A stretch of 64,000 bases of DNA from Lingula anatina (lineage: Eukaryota; Animalia; Brachiopoda): NCBI GenBank assembly GCA_051362555.1, contig CM120647.1, forward strand, positions 12,500,651-12,564,650, given 5' to 3'. The first letter of the stretch is position 1; every line of letters starts with the position of its first letter. Of this stretch, positions 11,763 through 26,075 are shown one piece after another. The notes below the pieces were generated by a model that made no database searches, was not told where the DNA came from, and saw only the letters and a list, made by a program, of their open reading frames with translations. Made by a program: the position numbers and the translations under genes.

Positions 11763-14700
11763 AAAATTCGCAATCACGTACGGTAAGACTTCAGTGTTAT
11801 GAATACATAGAGCAAATTGCTGCGGGATATCAACAGTGTGCTGTATTCATTATATTTGATCTCTGTGGCTTGGTAAATAAATCCCCCTAATAGACCAACA
11901 GTTTAAAATACATTGAGGATCTTGGTGGGAAACCAGATAAGAATTTCATGTGAGTCTGTGCTGAGTTTACCTTTTTGACCATGTGTCAAAAACATATCTT
12001 CCCGATAGACCTACAGTTTAAAACACATTGAGAGATATCAGTGAGAAATCAGATAGGAATTTCATAGAAGTTTAAGGCTGTATCTGATTTTTCTTTTCTT
12101 TTTCCCCCTTTTTTTGTGTTACAAAATATGAAATAACTTCAGAATCTGCTTTTATGGATGTTTTTTTTTTTTTTTTTTTTTGAGCAGCAAGTCTAAGGGA
12201 TTGATGGATATTTACATTTACTTTTTGTTTGTTTGCTTGTTCTTCAACCTTTTAGATACATCTATATGGTTCAAACTAAAAATTATTACCATGTCCCCAA
12301 AATGTCTCAGGCGTTCTTCTGCCCAAATGCCCATTCAGAATCAAAGTAAAAAAGAAATTACATGCATTTCTACTTGCTTTTAATTGAAATTCAATTTCCA
12401 TAAACCTAAGGAAAATGTTAAAAGGCAACTCTGGAACAGGTGTGCGTCTTAATTTTCAACCTACTTATAATAACAGGTCTCATTCAATATACATTCAATG
12501 CACATTACATCATTCCATCTTTAAAAAAAATCATGAAAAATAGTATCAAAGTCTTGGAAAAGTATAGTTTTTCTTTGCAAATGTATAGACTAACTTATCA
12601 TACAAATCCCCTCCCTATATCTAGTGTGTTTCCTCTTAAAATGTTTTCTCAAAAAGCCTTGTCTGTTATTTCAAGAAAAAAAAAAACTCTTCGTCAACTG
12701 ATGTAAGATCATCCAAGCGAAGGATCATATTCACCTTAAAACTTATATTTATTCTACAGAAAAATACATGAAATCATTTTGAGTCCAGAAACACTCCAAC
12801 AACTATTTTTACTTAAGTGTTTAATATTAACCTCATACACCCTAGCTAGAGAACAAAAAACTAAACCGTCACGGCTTCATTCTCCCATATCATCTTTTCT
12901 TTACCAAGTCCCCCATTGAGTTGACAAGAGCACACTTTTGTCATTCAAGCATGGCCTCTTGAGAATGAAAAGGTGCCAGTGCTTGGGGAGACACTATGGT
13001 GTGGATATATAACAATATCAGTGTCTTAGTTTTATTGTAGGGAACCGTGACATATCAAATTGTACCATCATAGTTTGAGAAGCTAGATGGAAAATAGGGA
13101 AAACAAATATTGTACTTAAGTCTACAAGAAGCAAAAACAGTTTTGCGTGAAGTTTAAATTTGTAATGAGGGCTCAATGTCTTCTCTAAACCCTTTAATCT
13201 TTTTTTAAAGTCCTGGCAGAGGTTTATTATGAAGATCTATCTAAGTATATATCTCTAACTTGTACATCTTATAAATACCTACATAAATCAACTTTCTGAT
13301 CACAAAATGAACAATAGTGAATTTATTGTAAGTTAATCAAGTAACTGGATATTTTTTTTTTTTAGTTTTTTAGTCCAGTTGACAAAAGTTTAAAATCTCT
13401 CATCAAAATGCTAGCAGTACATTATCAAACCTACCTTAATCTTCAAACAGTGGCTACAAGTTTTAACTGCTGATAACTCTCCACTACGAAGAACACAAAC
13501 ACAAACGGTCAATAGCTCAGTAACCTATTCAGTTGTCCTTTGAAAATTTCAGCCTACACTTGATCATAAAGACAGCAACCTCTAACTGAATACATATTCT
13601 TTATTCTATAAACACAACAGACATTTTTGTATCTCCAATACATATTCCCTAAAACAACCACCCCCAGGGCCTTGCCTGAAGACCTAGCCTGTCCATAAAA
13701 CTGGGATCCGACAAAATTTGTTTTTTCATGATGTTAAGATAATATTTAACCGTCACTAGTATTTAATTAATGGGTCTTAGGGTCAAGATGTTTTAATGCT
13801 TTGAATTAAGACTTGTAACCTATACCTAACAGGTAAATTATACTGATATGTCATGATACTGGTACATTAACTAATAAGTTATGCCAAATTACAGATATCA
13901 AAGCTAGTCTAGTATATATCTTAAGTTTATTTTGTAAATATACGGTCAGCTACTAACTCCCAAGTACTGGCCACTGTTTCTGCTTTTGGGCAGTTGTTTT
14001 GTAGACACTAGTGTCCTAAAAATGTTGAGTACCTGATCTTAATGCCTAGTTTCTACCTAGTTTTAATTTAAATTTATTACCTACCAGTCTAGTAATTTAC
14101 CACTGTTTATCTAACCTACCAAACAGTCTTGAGTATCAACTTTATGTAAATGTTTTCTGAACCCATGAAAAATTTACTCAAATAACATCATTCCACTTCC
14201 TTTACACTAAAAAACCAACTGTTTTTATCAACAGTCACTCAAATTGCAGTTTTAATGGCATGTACTTCAAGTGATTAACCTACATCCTGTTACATAACAC
14301 AATATCCTGACCAAATGTAATTACTATAGTACCTGAATGTCTGAGGTGACCTACCTGAAAAATGTGTACCATTTTTTCAAACAGTTTCCTATCCCATGGG
14401 CAAGGTCTTTCTTAAACTTAACGACAACACGTTCGCTTCTTTCCCAGTCTCACCTGTTCATAGTTTACCTTCAATTAATTAATGGTATTTGTCCTATATT
14501 ACAATAATTACTGGAGCTTTGAAGTATTGACAAGTGCTTGGTGATATACGGCAGTGCAGTGAAAACGCTCAGACTTTAGCTTAAACAGGGCATAAAGGAG
14601 TCGTATTGACTTAAGACACTGATCAATTATTTAAATAAGACTACTCCGTTGGCTTGTTGCTGCCTAAGAGAGAAGCCCAGTATATTGGGCCGAAGTTAGC

Positions 14701-17700
14701 CTACTAGAAATATTAAGTCTGTTTTAATTGTTTGCTAGACAAGGACCTTTCATTTGCCAATTTACCATTTTGAAAGTACAAAATAAGGACATGTCCTAGC
14801 TTTTAGATTCAATTGTAGCCATATGCTTATGCTATTTCAGTCAACCTAAATCTGAAACTTTTTTTTGTTAACTTATCATAATTCCTAGAGCAAAAACTAT
14901 GGGATCATGTTACCTTATAGATCTCAGCCACAAAAAGACCTTCTTTCAAGGAAGTAGAAGAAAATTCTTAATTTTTTTTTCCATCAATCTCCAATTTTCT
15001 AAACACACCTAGGAAGTAGACGAAAATTCTAAAATTTGTTTGTTTTTTTTTTTTCATCAATCTCCAATTTCCTAAACACACCTACCTAAAATGGAATCAA
15101 GTAAGATATACTTATAGAATGTTTCACTTACAGCTGGGTAAGAATACCATTGCATTCAAGCTAATGGACATGTAAAATCTGAAACTTTTTTTAAAAACAA
15201 ACATACAATTTTTTAAGCACAAAAATCATTTGCCTGTTTCAATTATTTTAGCAAAAATGAATGTCACTGAAAATGTTCATACTGACTGATAAATTTCAGA
15301 TTATTTCTCAGGATTTTCTGTACTTTTGAAAATAAGGTCTTACTAGCAGTATAAAACTGGCCACCTTTGAGCTGCTGATAAATGATTATCAGCAGTTCAA
15401 AAAGTAAATTTGGAGAAAAATCAATGTATAATACATCTTAATTCTTAAAATCTTTTTTCCCTGGTAGCACAAATTTAAAGTGTATCTTAAATCAATAAAT
15501 CAACCTTATCTGTTCATTTGAAATTCAAATGCAATTTTTTTCAAAAGAAAATAACGTACAGCTGATGAGTCAACACAACCAATGCAGACAAATGCAAATT
15601 TTTCAAAAGAAAAATCACGCACATCGAACACACAAATGCAGTCACAGTTTACAAGTGGATATAACACATATTTGAACGGAGATTTCCTTGACAAATGAAA
15701 AAAAAAATTAAAAAAGGATACATTAGCTTTGTCTTCAAAACTAGGTTCCTGCCCACGTGGCTCAAGCAGCTCTGTTGCTTCAGAATGCTATTAGTGCTAA
15801 ATAAGTCTCTGAATAAGTAAGATATTTCTTTAGTCTATGCCAAGTCCCAACATAAAGAGAATCCATCCACTCCAAGCAAAATACTGCAAAACCTGATATG
15901 GAGTCTCAAAGTTGAGCTTCGGTGCTTGAACTTGAGTGCGTCTCACATGCTCACACGACACAACACGGCACGATGCATGAAGTAGTCAATTAAAGCAAAT
16001 CCACAGACTACGACCTTTTGCAACATGTAGTAGTCGAATCTATTTTCCTTGTTTGAAAACCAAGCACAGAACTTTATTTTTTCTTTTCGCAGTTTGATAC
16101 AGGTGACTTCTGGCCTTTCTTTCTTTCTGTGTCTGCTCCTTTCGTTTCTTCACTTCACGACTGGGCCATCAGAGCCTGATATGGCTTGTTATCCATAGAC
16201 AACCCTCTGTTAATGGGGCTATCAACAAACAGAAAACACAGCAGCAGATTGTGATATTATTTCACAATTGGTGTGGTGCATTACGCAAGCAAATCTGGTA
16301 ACCTCTTCCAATGAGCTTTTTCTTCTTTTCAAAAATATCACCACTTGGAAAATGAAGCCTAAGGTTTTGTCATATAAACGTATTTAGTTTACTGTACAAT
16401 ACGACAGTTCTCATGGTTTTAATCTCTTAATCAATAAAACATGGGGATATTAAGGCAATATATGTCCTCATGCCTCAAATGTTTTTCTATTTCATTCTAA
16501 GCGCCCCTGCCACATTTTCAACATAATCTGTCAACAATGTATCTCTGTGATAAGGATGGCAGATTATGTTATTGCACCAAGGGGATCAATGTTTTTTTCT
16601 TTCTTTCCTTCTGCCTGGGGAAAAGTGTGCTACATCAATAATGCAGGAACATCAATTGAAACTTCTGGTTCACTCCACGTGTCGAGAAGACAATCAATTC
16701 TACCCAGACTCCAGGTACAAATTTTCAATGCCGCAACTATGGGGAAATGTTTTTAAAGACCTTAGGATCAATAAAACGAGTCTCTTTCACAGTTTAAGGT
16801 AAATGCCTGAACATTTCAAAACACTTCTCTTTGTAGACATTTGTATGCTTTGTTACAATTAATCAGTTTAAAAATGGACTAATTTTAGATAAAACTATGT
16901 AAATTTCTTACCCAGAGCCTAAAAACATATCAGTCAAAATTAAGATTTCTGACAGAAACAAACAACCACACCCACTTACACTTCATTTCTTATCCAGTGC
17001 CTAAAAATACATCTGCTTCAGTCAGAATTTAGATATTTGACTGAACTGAAAACCATTCCTAATCACTATTTTCCACAGGCCTTCTTGTTTAAAAATAAGC
17101 TTAAAAACAAAGTTCTGTTGAAAAACAGAAGCCGTAAAAGAATATCATCCTTTGTATGGTGGCTAAGCCAAAGGCAAACACTGGAACTGGACACGGAGGA
17201 GAGAGGGAAGGATCATGACGCCTTAATGTTGACCAAGCCCTTAAGTTTTGACAGCATCTTAGGCCCATATTCAAAAAGCTTACCCTAAAATAAAATCATT
17301 TAGTTTATGTGTAAAAAGTATATATTTTTATTATCGTTTCTAAAGAGACTGTCGTTTTTTCTTCCCATGAAATACATATTTCACCTTATTAAGTTTTATT
17401 CCTTATTTTGAAAAAATTAACATGGTCTAGTAAACTATGGCTTTTTGAATATATATCTTGATTAATTTAATTGATCCATATATCTAATTGCATCATAATC
17501 AAGTCAAGGCCAAAAGTCCAACAATAACAGCAATAACAACAAAAACAATCCAACTTTAGCAAATTATCAAATATATGGCCAAATAATCAATTATTATGCA
17601 GCAATCCTAGTGGCTAGACAAAAGTCCCTAAGATCATAATTAAGTCAACTTTACTTGACCCATGTAAAGCAGTGGTAAAAAGTTTAAAAAGAAATAGCTC

Positions 17701-19289
17701 ACTTCTCTGACCATAATCTTTGACCACTACCTTCAGGGGGCAAAGAGTCACGTATAAATTCCGTAACCAATTGACTTATTTCTCACTTTGATAACCAAAA
17801 TGAATTATATATTGGTTTTAGCTGGAGGCAACCAATTAATATTGTATTATGTCATGACTTTTGACTTTTGCGCGAGTGAAGTTTAGACGGGGTGGTTTGA
17901 CATATATAATAAGGATTTATAAATTGAATGCAATCAGAACTTAAAATTCTACAACAAAATTATATTTGGCTATTTTTTAAAAAAATAGGAAAAGATGGTG
18001 AAAAAAGGTGAATGCAAATAGGGTGAACCCATATGTGCCAATTCAATATACATTCTATTTGTCTTCCCATTTGGACTACAAAACGCCCATGCTACCACCT
18101 AGACTGTTTCACAAGTGGACTTCTCACTAAAGTCCATTCGTAACTAAATGAGAAACACACCCAGCATCCTCACATAAGTGATCCACTACTGGCTTGTATT
18201 GGGGCAGAGTGCACTTACAGTGAAAACCAACTCTTAGGGTCTATTGTGAAACAAGAGAGAGTCTTGCGTCTAAACCTTCTTAAAGACACAAAAAGCAGGT
18301 CAATATCCTTCTGTAGCTAAATATTTAGACGTGGTCTTTCCATTATGCCCCCTGCCCCACCTTTGCTTGTATCAACACCATTAAGTCGAAACTATGAGAG
18401 CAGAGAATTGAAATATTGATGGATTCTTTAGTGAAAGTTCTATTCACACCTGGTCTGACTTAAACAGGAAGCGGTCAAACTGACATCTCCAAAATTTTTT
18501 TTTTAAATCTACTTATCAATAATAATATTAAGATGTAATCCTATATATTATTATTATTATATTGTCTCCTGTTGGTTTGTTAGACTATATATATCAGTTT
18601 GAGTTTGTCCAGTTGTGAATGCTACTGTAGTTGTACATTGACCAGGTTGACAAAGGGTGTTAAAGCGTGATGTTGATACACACGGCAGCTAATGTGGTAA
18701 CAATTTGGATTTATCAATAGTAGAAACACACCTGTAACGATATGGCACTTGTCAATTAAATAAAAAGGCTTATAATATTCTCTCTGGAATCAATAATTAT
18801 CACTTGATCAAAGAGAGTATAACAAAGAAGAATTAGTTCTTTGTTACATCTTGACATAACTGTGAAAGTTGTATTTTCAAGTCTAAGAAGAGAAGCATAA
18901 ATATCAAAATGTCCTCGATTTTTTCCCTGGATGAAATTATCTTCAGCAAAAAATAAGTGGCTAGGATGTAAAATTCCTATAAAAAATACAGTCACCTTAG
19001 TTCAAAAGCAAAAAGAAATATAGACATTATATTTTCAAAAGGCTGGTTTATTGGTTTATTCATTTTAGTGAAGGGGGGGGGGGAGTAGCTGCAGACAGCT
19101 GCAGAAGACAAGACTTGTTATTGAAAGTCATAAAGATTGCAACAGAAGACTACATTTGTCTCTACAATCACACCATCTGTTGAACAGCTTGAAGCCTGCT
19201 CCACCCTGATTGCAGTAGATGTGCCCTTCAAACAGTACAACACAATGAGAGAAGCTGAAAGAGTAAATAATGTGCCTCTGTGTGATTAC

Positions 19290-19407
19290 CTTCTTTGGGC
19301 TCTGGGCTTTGATTACTGCTTCTCTTCAATTTACTGCATTTCATTAACTGGAAACAACTGTATCTGTGTAAGGGCCATTCCACTTTTTTCCTCCTCTGGC
19401 GCATCAT
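19290..19407 (-). CDS. Candidate alternative first coding exon (MMRQRRKKVEWPLHRYSCFQLMKCSKLKRSSNQSPEPKE)
   Basis: In-frame TGA immediately before the ATG; 39 codons plus 1 nt; donor AG|gtaatc in phase 1; WP...PEP echoes the other N-terminal exons. Confidence 0.4.
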
Positions 19408-20007
19408 TCACTTTCCTTCATAAAATTTTTGCTACTTGTTATCAACAAAAACCCAAAGTGTTCAAATGAAATTGCTTTTACCTTTTGAAATATATATTCC
19501 TCAAAATAGAAAAGGAAAAAATACACAGCAGAAAAAACGCATAACAACTTTCATATTCTAAATTCTTTGCCTGGAATAAAAAATAAAATCAAAATAAAAA
19601 ATAAAAAACGGGATTTAAAAGAAGAAAAATCTACAGTGAAATGACTCCTTATAAGTATCTCAGTTTAGAACATAAAAGACAAAAAAAAAAAAAACAGCAT
19701 CGGCCTGTCTTCTTCCATCAGGGTACTTTTGCTGTGAGCCTGAAAAGTCAACACATACACATACATAAGCCTATTCACAACAGATGATCCTTGGACAGCG
19801 CTTGTGGAGGTGGCGATATAGGTCTTACTGACATGCAGGGTCTACCATATTTGATCCTCGGACAGCACTTGTGGTGGAAGGGAGATGCGTCTTGCTTTCA
19901 TGTGCCACATTTGTTCTGCAGATCAGTAGATCTGAAGATCATCAGTTCTGAATGGGCTCTGTTAAACCAAATCAGGCTAGGGGATCAAAACAGATCATTC
20001 TACTCAC

Positions 20008-20685
20008 CGCTAATCTCCGTCATCAAATATTCAGGGGTTGCTGGCACTGCAAGAATATGTTTTGGCGTTGGGAAAAGCGGTCCATAATCTGGCGGCCAAA
20101 ACGGTCCGTGCTCATCCCTCACCACGCCATATTTGTCTGCAAACTTCCCATTGTGTAACAATGTCAACTTAGAACCATCTGGAAAACGACCATTTCTCAG
20201 AGCTTCGAGGTACCCTTCCCGCGTGCAAGTAGAAAATATTTTAGGCGGTTTGGGAGGTTGGCTCATAATGCCAAAATTTTCCAGTCTCGCCCAGCGCCCT
20301 AAAGACGGCGCCTGATTGGGCATTCTGTCCAATCCCAGTACACCTGGAAAATCGTCTTGATTTGACCTAGATAATTCACCTTCTAGTCTTGGCGATGTCT
20401 TTTTCTGAAACCCACTCCCCTCTGATGCAGACCTGCGCAAGTTTTTTAAACGCCTTTTCTGCATTTCTCTCCAATGTCTGGAGTTTACATAATCTCTTTC
20501 TTTATCTGTCAGGTCCATCATAATTTGAGCATTTAGCTGAGAGATGTGATCAACATCTTCTTTATCGGCTTTGTTGCGATTGCGCTGGATTCTTTCCAGT
20601 GGTGGAGTGTCCAGAGCTTCACGAACTCTGCTGTTGATTTCTGCATCCAGTTGCTCCTTTAATTTCTTCTTGTTCACTTCTGGAT
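20008..20685 (-). CDS. AGBL2: CCP N-terminal exon, distal variant (DPEVNKKKLKEQLD...EHGPFWPPDYGPLFPTPKHILAVPATPEYLMTEIS)
   Basis: 678 bp open frame, phase 1-1 (tctttcag|AT ... G|gtgagt). The C-terminal GPxWP..Y..TPxHI..P..E motif matches the 5490-5718 exon. Confidence 0.75.
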
Positions 20686-20946
20686 CTGAAAGATTTTTCA
20701 ACCATTATTTAATTAACTAAATTCTACATATTTGAATCATGTATTTTTTTTTCTATTTGGTAATGTAACTCACATCTTTTAGTTTTCTAAAGGTCATGTT
20801 ATATTGTGGACAAAGACCAATTTAACTTCCTGAAGGTTCAAGGCCTTCTCACTTAAAAGGACAAATATTCACGTTGGCTATAAGAACATCCCAGGGGTAT
20901 AGATCAGTGAGTGCTTATATCTGTGCCATTCAAAATCTGTTTATTT

Positions 20947-20977
<31 letters not shown>

Positions 20978-21849
20978 TTTTTTGCAGCAGCAGCAGCAGA
21001 TGAATAACAGAAGAGAGATTCTAACCAGGTTTCTTTCACTTTGGACTCGAATACTATTCAGAACTTTTTTTTCTATTAAAAATAGTTTCTGCAAGCTCAA
21101 CACTATTAGGGAATTTTAGTATTACCAGTTTCTTTTTTTTTTTTTCATTTTTATTCGCCATCTTTTCCTGCACTTATATTTCAACATACTTCAAGGTATA
21201 AAAGTTTTTTTCATATTTCACAGAGGAATTGATAGGAGAACAGTCCATTATCATTTCGGTGTGACAATTGTGACAGAGTCTCAACTAACACAATCCTGGT
21301 TGACAATTTATCCAAGGGCAGATTCACAAACCAACATCAATCAAAACCTGCAGTTATAGGTTAGACAATTTAAGGCACAATATTTTCAGGCAGTATTTTA
21401 CATTAAACAGGAACAAAGTTGTTCTTTGTTATTTCAGTTAAACAAGATCACAATCCACTGAATCAGTGGCATCACAAAATTATATTTTAGTCACAAGTCA
21501 GAGAAAGGTGAAAGGTCACTGATCAAAAGATGTAAAAGAATTCTCATAGCAGAACTTATTTCCTATTCATTAGTATTTTTATGGCTGGAATTTTTAGTCT
21601 GAGACAATTCATAAGGTTTCACAGTATAACAGCAGCTGAAAAAAGTATTTTAGCATTTAAGTTCAATTAAATCAAAAGCAAAAGATTAATGCTCATGGAA
21701 CAATAACAGTACATTAATTATCAAATTAAGGAGACACATGTATTATTAATATAATTCCAATGACAATCCAATCAGTTATGAAAAACAGGCTTACATTTTA
21801 ATACAAAGTGAAATTGAAAAATGTTAATAATAAAATCACTGCACTCTAC

Positions 21850-22021
21850 CTCCGAACCCACCCTCCATTTCGATCTGTTTCTTCTTCTCTTCTGAGAATC
21901 GATTGATCTCATCTTTAAGGGAAGAGTAATTTGAGCGTGTGTACCCATCATAAGAGGAGTAGGTTGGGCGGGGGCTGTGACCCATCCCGCCCCCGCCATT
22001 TTTATCCAACATGGCCGACAT
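21850..22021 (-). CDS. AGBL2: Likely first coding exon for the distal variant (MSAMLDKNGGGGMGHSPRPT...EMEGGFG)
   Basis: ATG in actgccATG context; phase-1 donor G|gtagag fits the acceptor at 20685; locally CpG-rich; X-box-like site just upstream. Confidence 0.6.
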
Positions 22022-22043
22022 GGCAGTGGCACCTCCCTACACA

Positions 22044-22057
22044 GTTGCTATGTCAAC
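22044..22057. promoter_or_regulatory. RFX X-box-like site GTTGCTATGTCAAC
   Basis: One mismatch to the GTHNYYATRRNAAC X-box consensus; 22 bp upstream of the 22021 ATG. Confidence 0.5.
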
Positions 22058-23264
22058 AACTGCGATTTAATAAACCTGTAATTTTCATCAGTATTATGAT
22101 GTAAAAATTTTGCTAGCTGTAAATGTTAAATATTGTTTGTTTTAATAAAATCATGTGCAGCAGGGTTACATCAATTAATTATTACAATATCATAATCTAT
22201 GTCCAGGTACTCAATGCATCAATTCACACATGCTGAGTATACATACCAGGAGCAGGTATCACTTTACCTAATAATTTGTTCAAACCTAAGGCCAAACATG
22301 GAGAAACTGCTGGTCTGAATGGTCATGACTGCCTGAAAAGCCAGACGACCAACAAGATTTGTGACAATGCAGGTCCTGCAAACCTTCAATACGCTCCAAA
22401 AGTTTGCCCCATATCTACCTAAGGATAAGACCTAATTTGGAAACCTGCAGCAAAAATGGCCTCAGTTAGCAAAATGTCACAAAATTAGGATTAACCAGAT
22501 TAATTCTACGACCTGTAGACCTGCTTGATTGCACAGTAGGTAAATTTTTTTATGAAGATTAAAAAGCATGCCACAAAGGAGATTTTTCTGAGACCTTTCT
22601 TTATGGTTGCGTTCTCAACCAGATTAACTTCGGGCAAATAAATCTTGTTTACATCCCCCAATCAAATGGATCTTAATTGCTTTACGTAAGAATACTTTTC
22701 AATTCTGTCTCATATTTTCAATCACATTATAGATTTTCAGTCATGAAAGCTGTGTCTGAACAGGCAGAAAATGAACAACGAAACTGGAAAGAAATCAAAC
22801 ATCAAACTTCAATCAATCTCAGTTGTTCTCTCAACTTCTATACCACTAGTAAGAACACAGTGGTTATTATACAACAAGACCAATCATGCGTGCATTATGT
22901 TAAACCAGGATGTTCAATTAACCGTGTGCATGTCAAAAGTCACAGTCAAAATTCAGTCAATCTCTCCAATGTGAGGCTTTTATGTTTTATAAAACAGTGC
23001 ATATGATGTTCTGTGCTACATGCATAAACAGTATCTCAAACAGCACAATACATACTTAATGATGTCTAAAGTCTAGATCAAAACACAGTCCATCTTACCA
23101 ACTTAACATTATAAGGCTTGTGAATTAGACTAGTAGTGTGTTGTTTTTAGCCTATACCAAATGTCTTAAACAGCAGCACAGTACTAGTAACCAAGCCCCT
23201 GTCTGCCAACTTGACAAAAAATACAATCTCTCCAGCCAAACATAAGGAGCCTCAGGCCTATAAA

Positions 23265-23581
23265 GGGACCATTCAGAATGAGAAGAGCTGAGTGCTAGCT
23301 GGTTCACAGCCTAAATATGGCGGACTTGCATGAAAGGAAGACCGCTTAATTTTGTAATGGTCTCTCCGCCTCTTTCAAGCCTCCACACACGTCATTCCGG
23401 CAGGGGCACAGTAATTAAAACTCGTCTCAATACGACCAGTCGAGGGACGATGCATTTGGAGGCATGTGAGAGGGCCAGAGACCATAGTACAGGATTAAGT
23501 GGTCTTCCTTTCATGTATAGGTCACCCATATTTAGGTCGTGGACCAGCTAGCATTCGGCTCTTCTCAATCTGAATGGCCCC
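23265..23581. mobile_element. Foldback MITE, family A
   Basis: Ends GGGACCATTCAGA...TCTGAATGGCCCC; shares ctaaatatggcggac..catgaaaggaa with 639-936. Confidence 0.78.
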
Positions 23582-25060
23582 TATTAGTATGAACTATGAT
23601 GTATAGTTGATACCCAATGTCTCAAACAGCAGCAAAGAAACCAATTCAAGCACCTGCCTGCAGACTTGATCACAATTCCGTCAATCTCAGTTCCTCTCTC
23701 TGTACACATATACATTACATACAATGATGTATTTATTGGAGATCAAAGGACGTCGTGGGAAACCCTGTCAGCAATCAATAGCCTGGCAACCTGGCATTTC
23801 CTTGCTCTCATTGATTATTTATTGCACTGTGTAGTGGATATATGACCACTGAGGACTGACATAAGATGAGTTGGATGGTAAAAAACGTACATGTATGTAC
23901 ATGTACGACCTTGCAAATCTGAGAACAGACGTACAGACAGATAGACAGACAGACAGACAGAAAAACAGACGGGTAAAGACACAGACAGACAAATAGACAG
24001 GTAGAGAAAGGCAACTTTAGACAAACAAACCAACTAGCTAGGCAGACAAGCAGACTTACAGATAGTCAGGCCAATATATTCAATTACTAGTATCATCATT
24101 TAATTAAGTAGCTTGGGAAAGCAAAAGTTAAAGTATGGACAAACATGTACTCACTCTTTATTGTATCATGAACAAAATCCATTTCCATGCTTGCTGTTGT
24201 GGCTTCACCACCACAACTTATCCACAGGTGACAGATGCGATTTTCAGCTTGGTCTGGCTACCTAAAATAATAAAAATATTAAGCATTATTTACAAAAAAA
24301 AAGTCCTTTACTTGTAACTGATAAGACAAAATGACTTTAGTCTGAAAGCTGGCCTAATCCAGGCCTCATAAATAATAAATGCGACTCGGAGCTGCAGATC
24401 CGTGATTGTGATCCCCAGATTAATGACTAAAACTGTGATTCCATGGTCTGTTTGTAAAAACATCTGCAGCTCTGAGTCACAAACAGAAGAAGAGTACTAG
24501 TACCTATATTGCCCTATATTGCCTGAAAACAGTAGCCATATATTTCTCCAAATCTCATAAAACAGACATTATACCTCTTTTGACTGCACCACGGCCAGAT
24601 CTAACCAAATTAAAAATACGATAAACAATTCCACACCAACTCTCAGTCTGATGTTGCTTTGTGAAACAGGTTCTGTAGCTAAGGACAGGCACAGTAGATC
24701 ATAAATCCCTTAAGTACCAACACATTTGGTCCAACTCACCTGCTAGAGAAAAAATCTTAGCATCTTAAACTGTATCAAAAGTCCATTTGAAAAAGTTCCC
24801 ATTGATTTTACCTCACAGCGGCTAGAAATAATACAGCAAGGTGTTATACAGCTAACCCCGTATGAGCAACGCTGACAATTAGCTTCCATATCCTGCCCTA
24901 ATGTTAGTAATTTGTTTGTGGCGCAGTGAAAGGCCGGTATTGAATCAGTGTGTGAGTGCATTGATTTCCTTACTTTTCAGCCTCAATAACCTAATGAACT
25001 CATTCTGCTTACCTGGTTATTATTGATGGAGTTACTGGTAAATGTATTAGTGTGTATAAA

Positions 25061-25110
<50 letters not shown>

Positions 25111-25555
25111 GGAAAAAGAGAGAGAATTGAAAAATATCTCAAGTATATGACTGACCACCATCAAAAAGTAAAAATAATCAAAGAAGCTCATCCACAAATG
25201 TACACCTAAACACTTACTAGTAAGTCTCCATATCCATAATGCTTCACTGAAACATTTGTACCATAGACAATAATAAAGAATATAAACAAGGAGACACCCA
25301 GACTGAAGTGTGCAATATACACCCCTAAGAGTACAATCCTGGGAGAGACAAATTTAAAACAGACAAGTGACAAATAGGGGAAGGACTTTATCTTTTCAAT
25401 GGAGAAAAATTATCTAGGTTTTTTCAGAGGAAACATAACTCTGGAATCATAAGAAATATTACTAGTATTCTACATAGCATTTTTGTACTTTTACTGTATA
25501 GAACAGTACTAAAGGGCAGCCTGCTTTTCATATCAACAAAAACAACAATCAAACA

Positions 25556-26075
25556 ATAAGGAAAAAGAATACATATTTTAAAAATAACTGCATACAGGTC
25601 TCTTTCCTTCCTGAATAACTGTCTTTGCTGAAAATTTCACCAAAAGTCAATTACTAGGAAAACCTTTTTTCAAATATCTTGTCAACTTATTATATTAATT
25701 AACAAACATACAAGCAGACAACCTAACATTCATGAAGACGTAACAACCCAGCATGGTGGAGAAACCTATCCTCCTACTTAACTAGTACATACCTGAACAC
25801 CATAAGGAAAAAGAATAAATTATATTTCTAAAATATCATAAGGACCAGATTCAGATGAGTGTAACTTCACACAGGTCTCTTTCCTTCCTGAATAACCGTC
25901 TTTGCTGAATATTTCACCAAATATCAATTACCAGTAAAAGTTTTTTCAAATCTCTTATCCACTTACTAGTATTATCTCACAAACAGACAAGGAGACAACC
26001 CAATGTCAATGAAAACACTATCCCCTACATAGGTGGAGGAAACAATCTTTCTAGAAAACTAGTACATACCTGTAC
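25556..26075. repeat. ~277 bp diverged tandem duplication
   Basis: acaggtctctttccttcctgaataac...actagtacatacctg occurs twice. Confidence 0.8.

Noticed and set aside
18218-18310. Possible internal exon bounded by cag and gtaagt
   Set aside because: The open frame I read is phase 0-2, which does not fit the CCP exon chain, and there is no recognisable motif.
20000-20701. Stand-alone 233-aa single-exon gene
   Set aside because: It starts at TTG and is bounded by a phase-1 acceptor (20685) and a gtgagt donor (20007), so it is better explained as an exon.
24740-24961. 72-aa ORF before a strong CAG|gtgagt donor as a coding leader exon
   Set aside because: The ORF stops 3 nt before the donor, and the phase-1 frame also has a stop; at most a 5' UTR exon.
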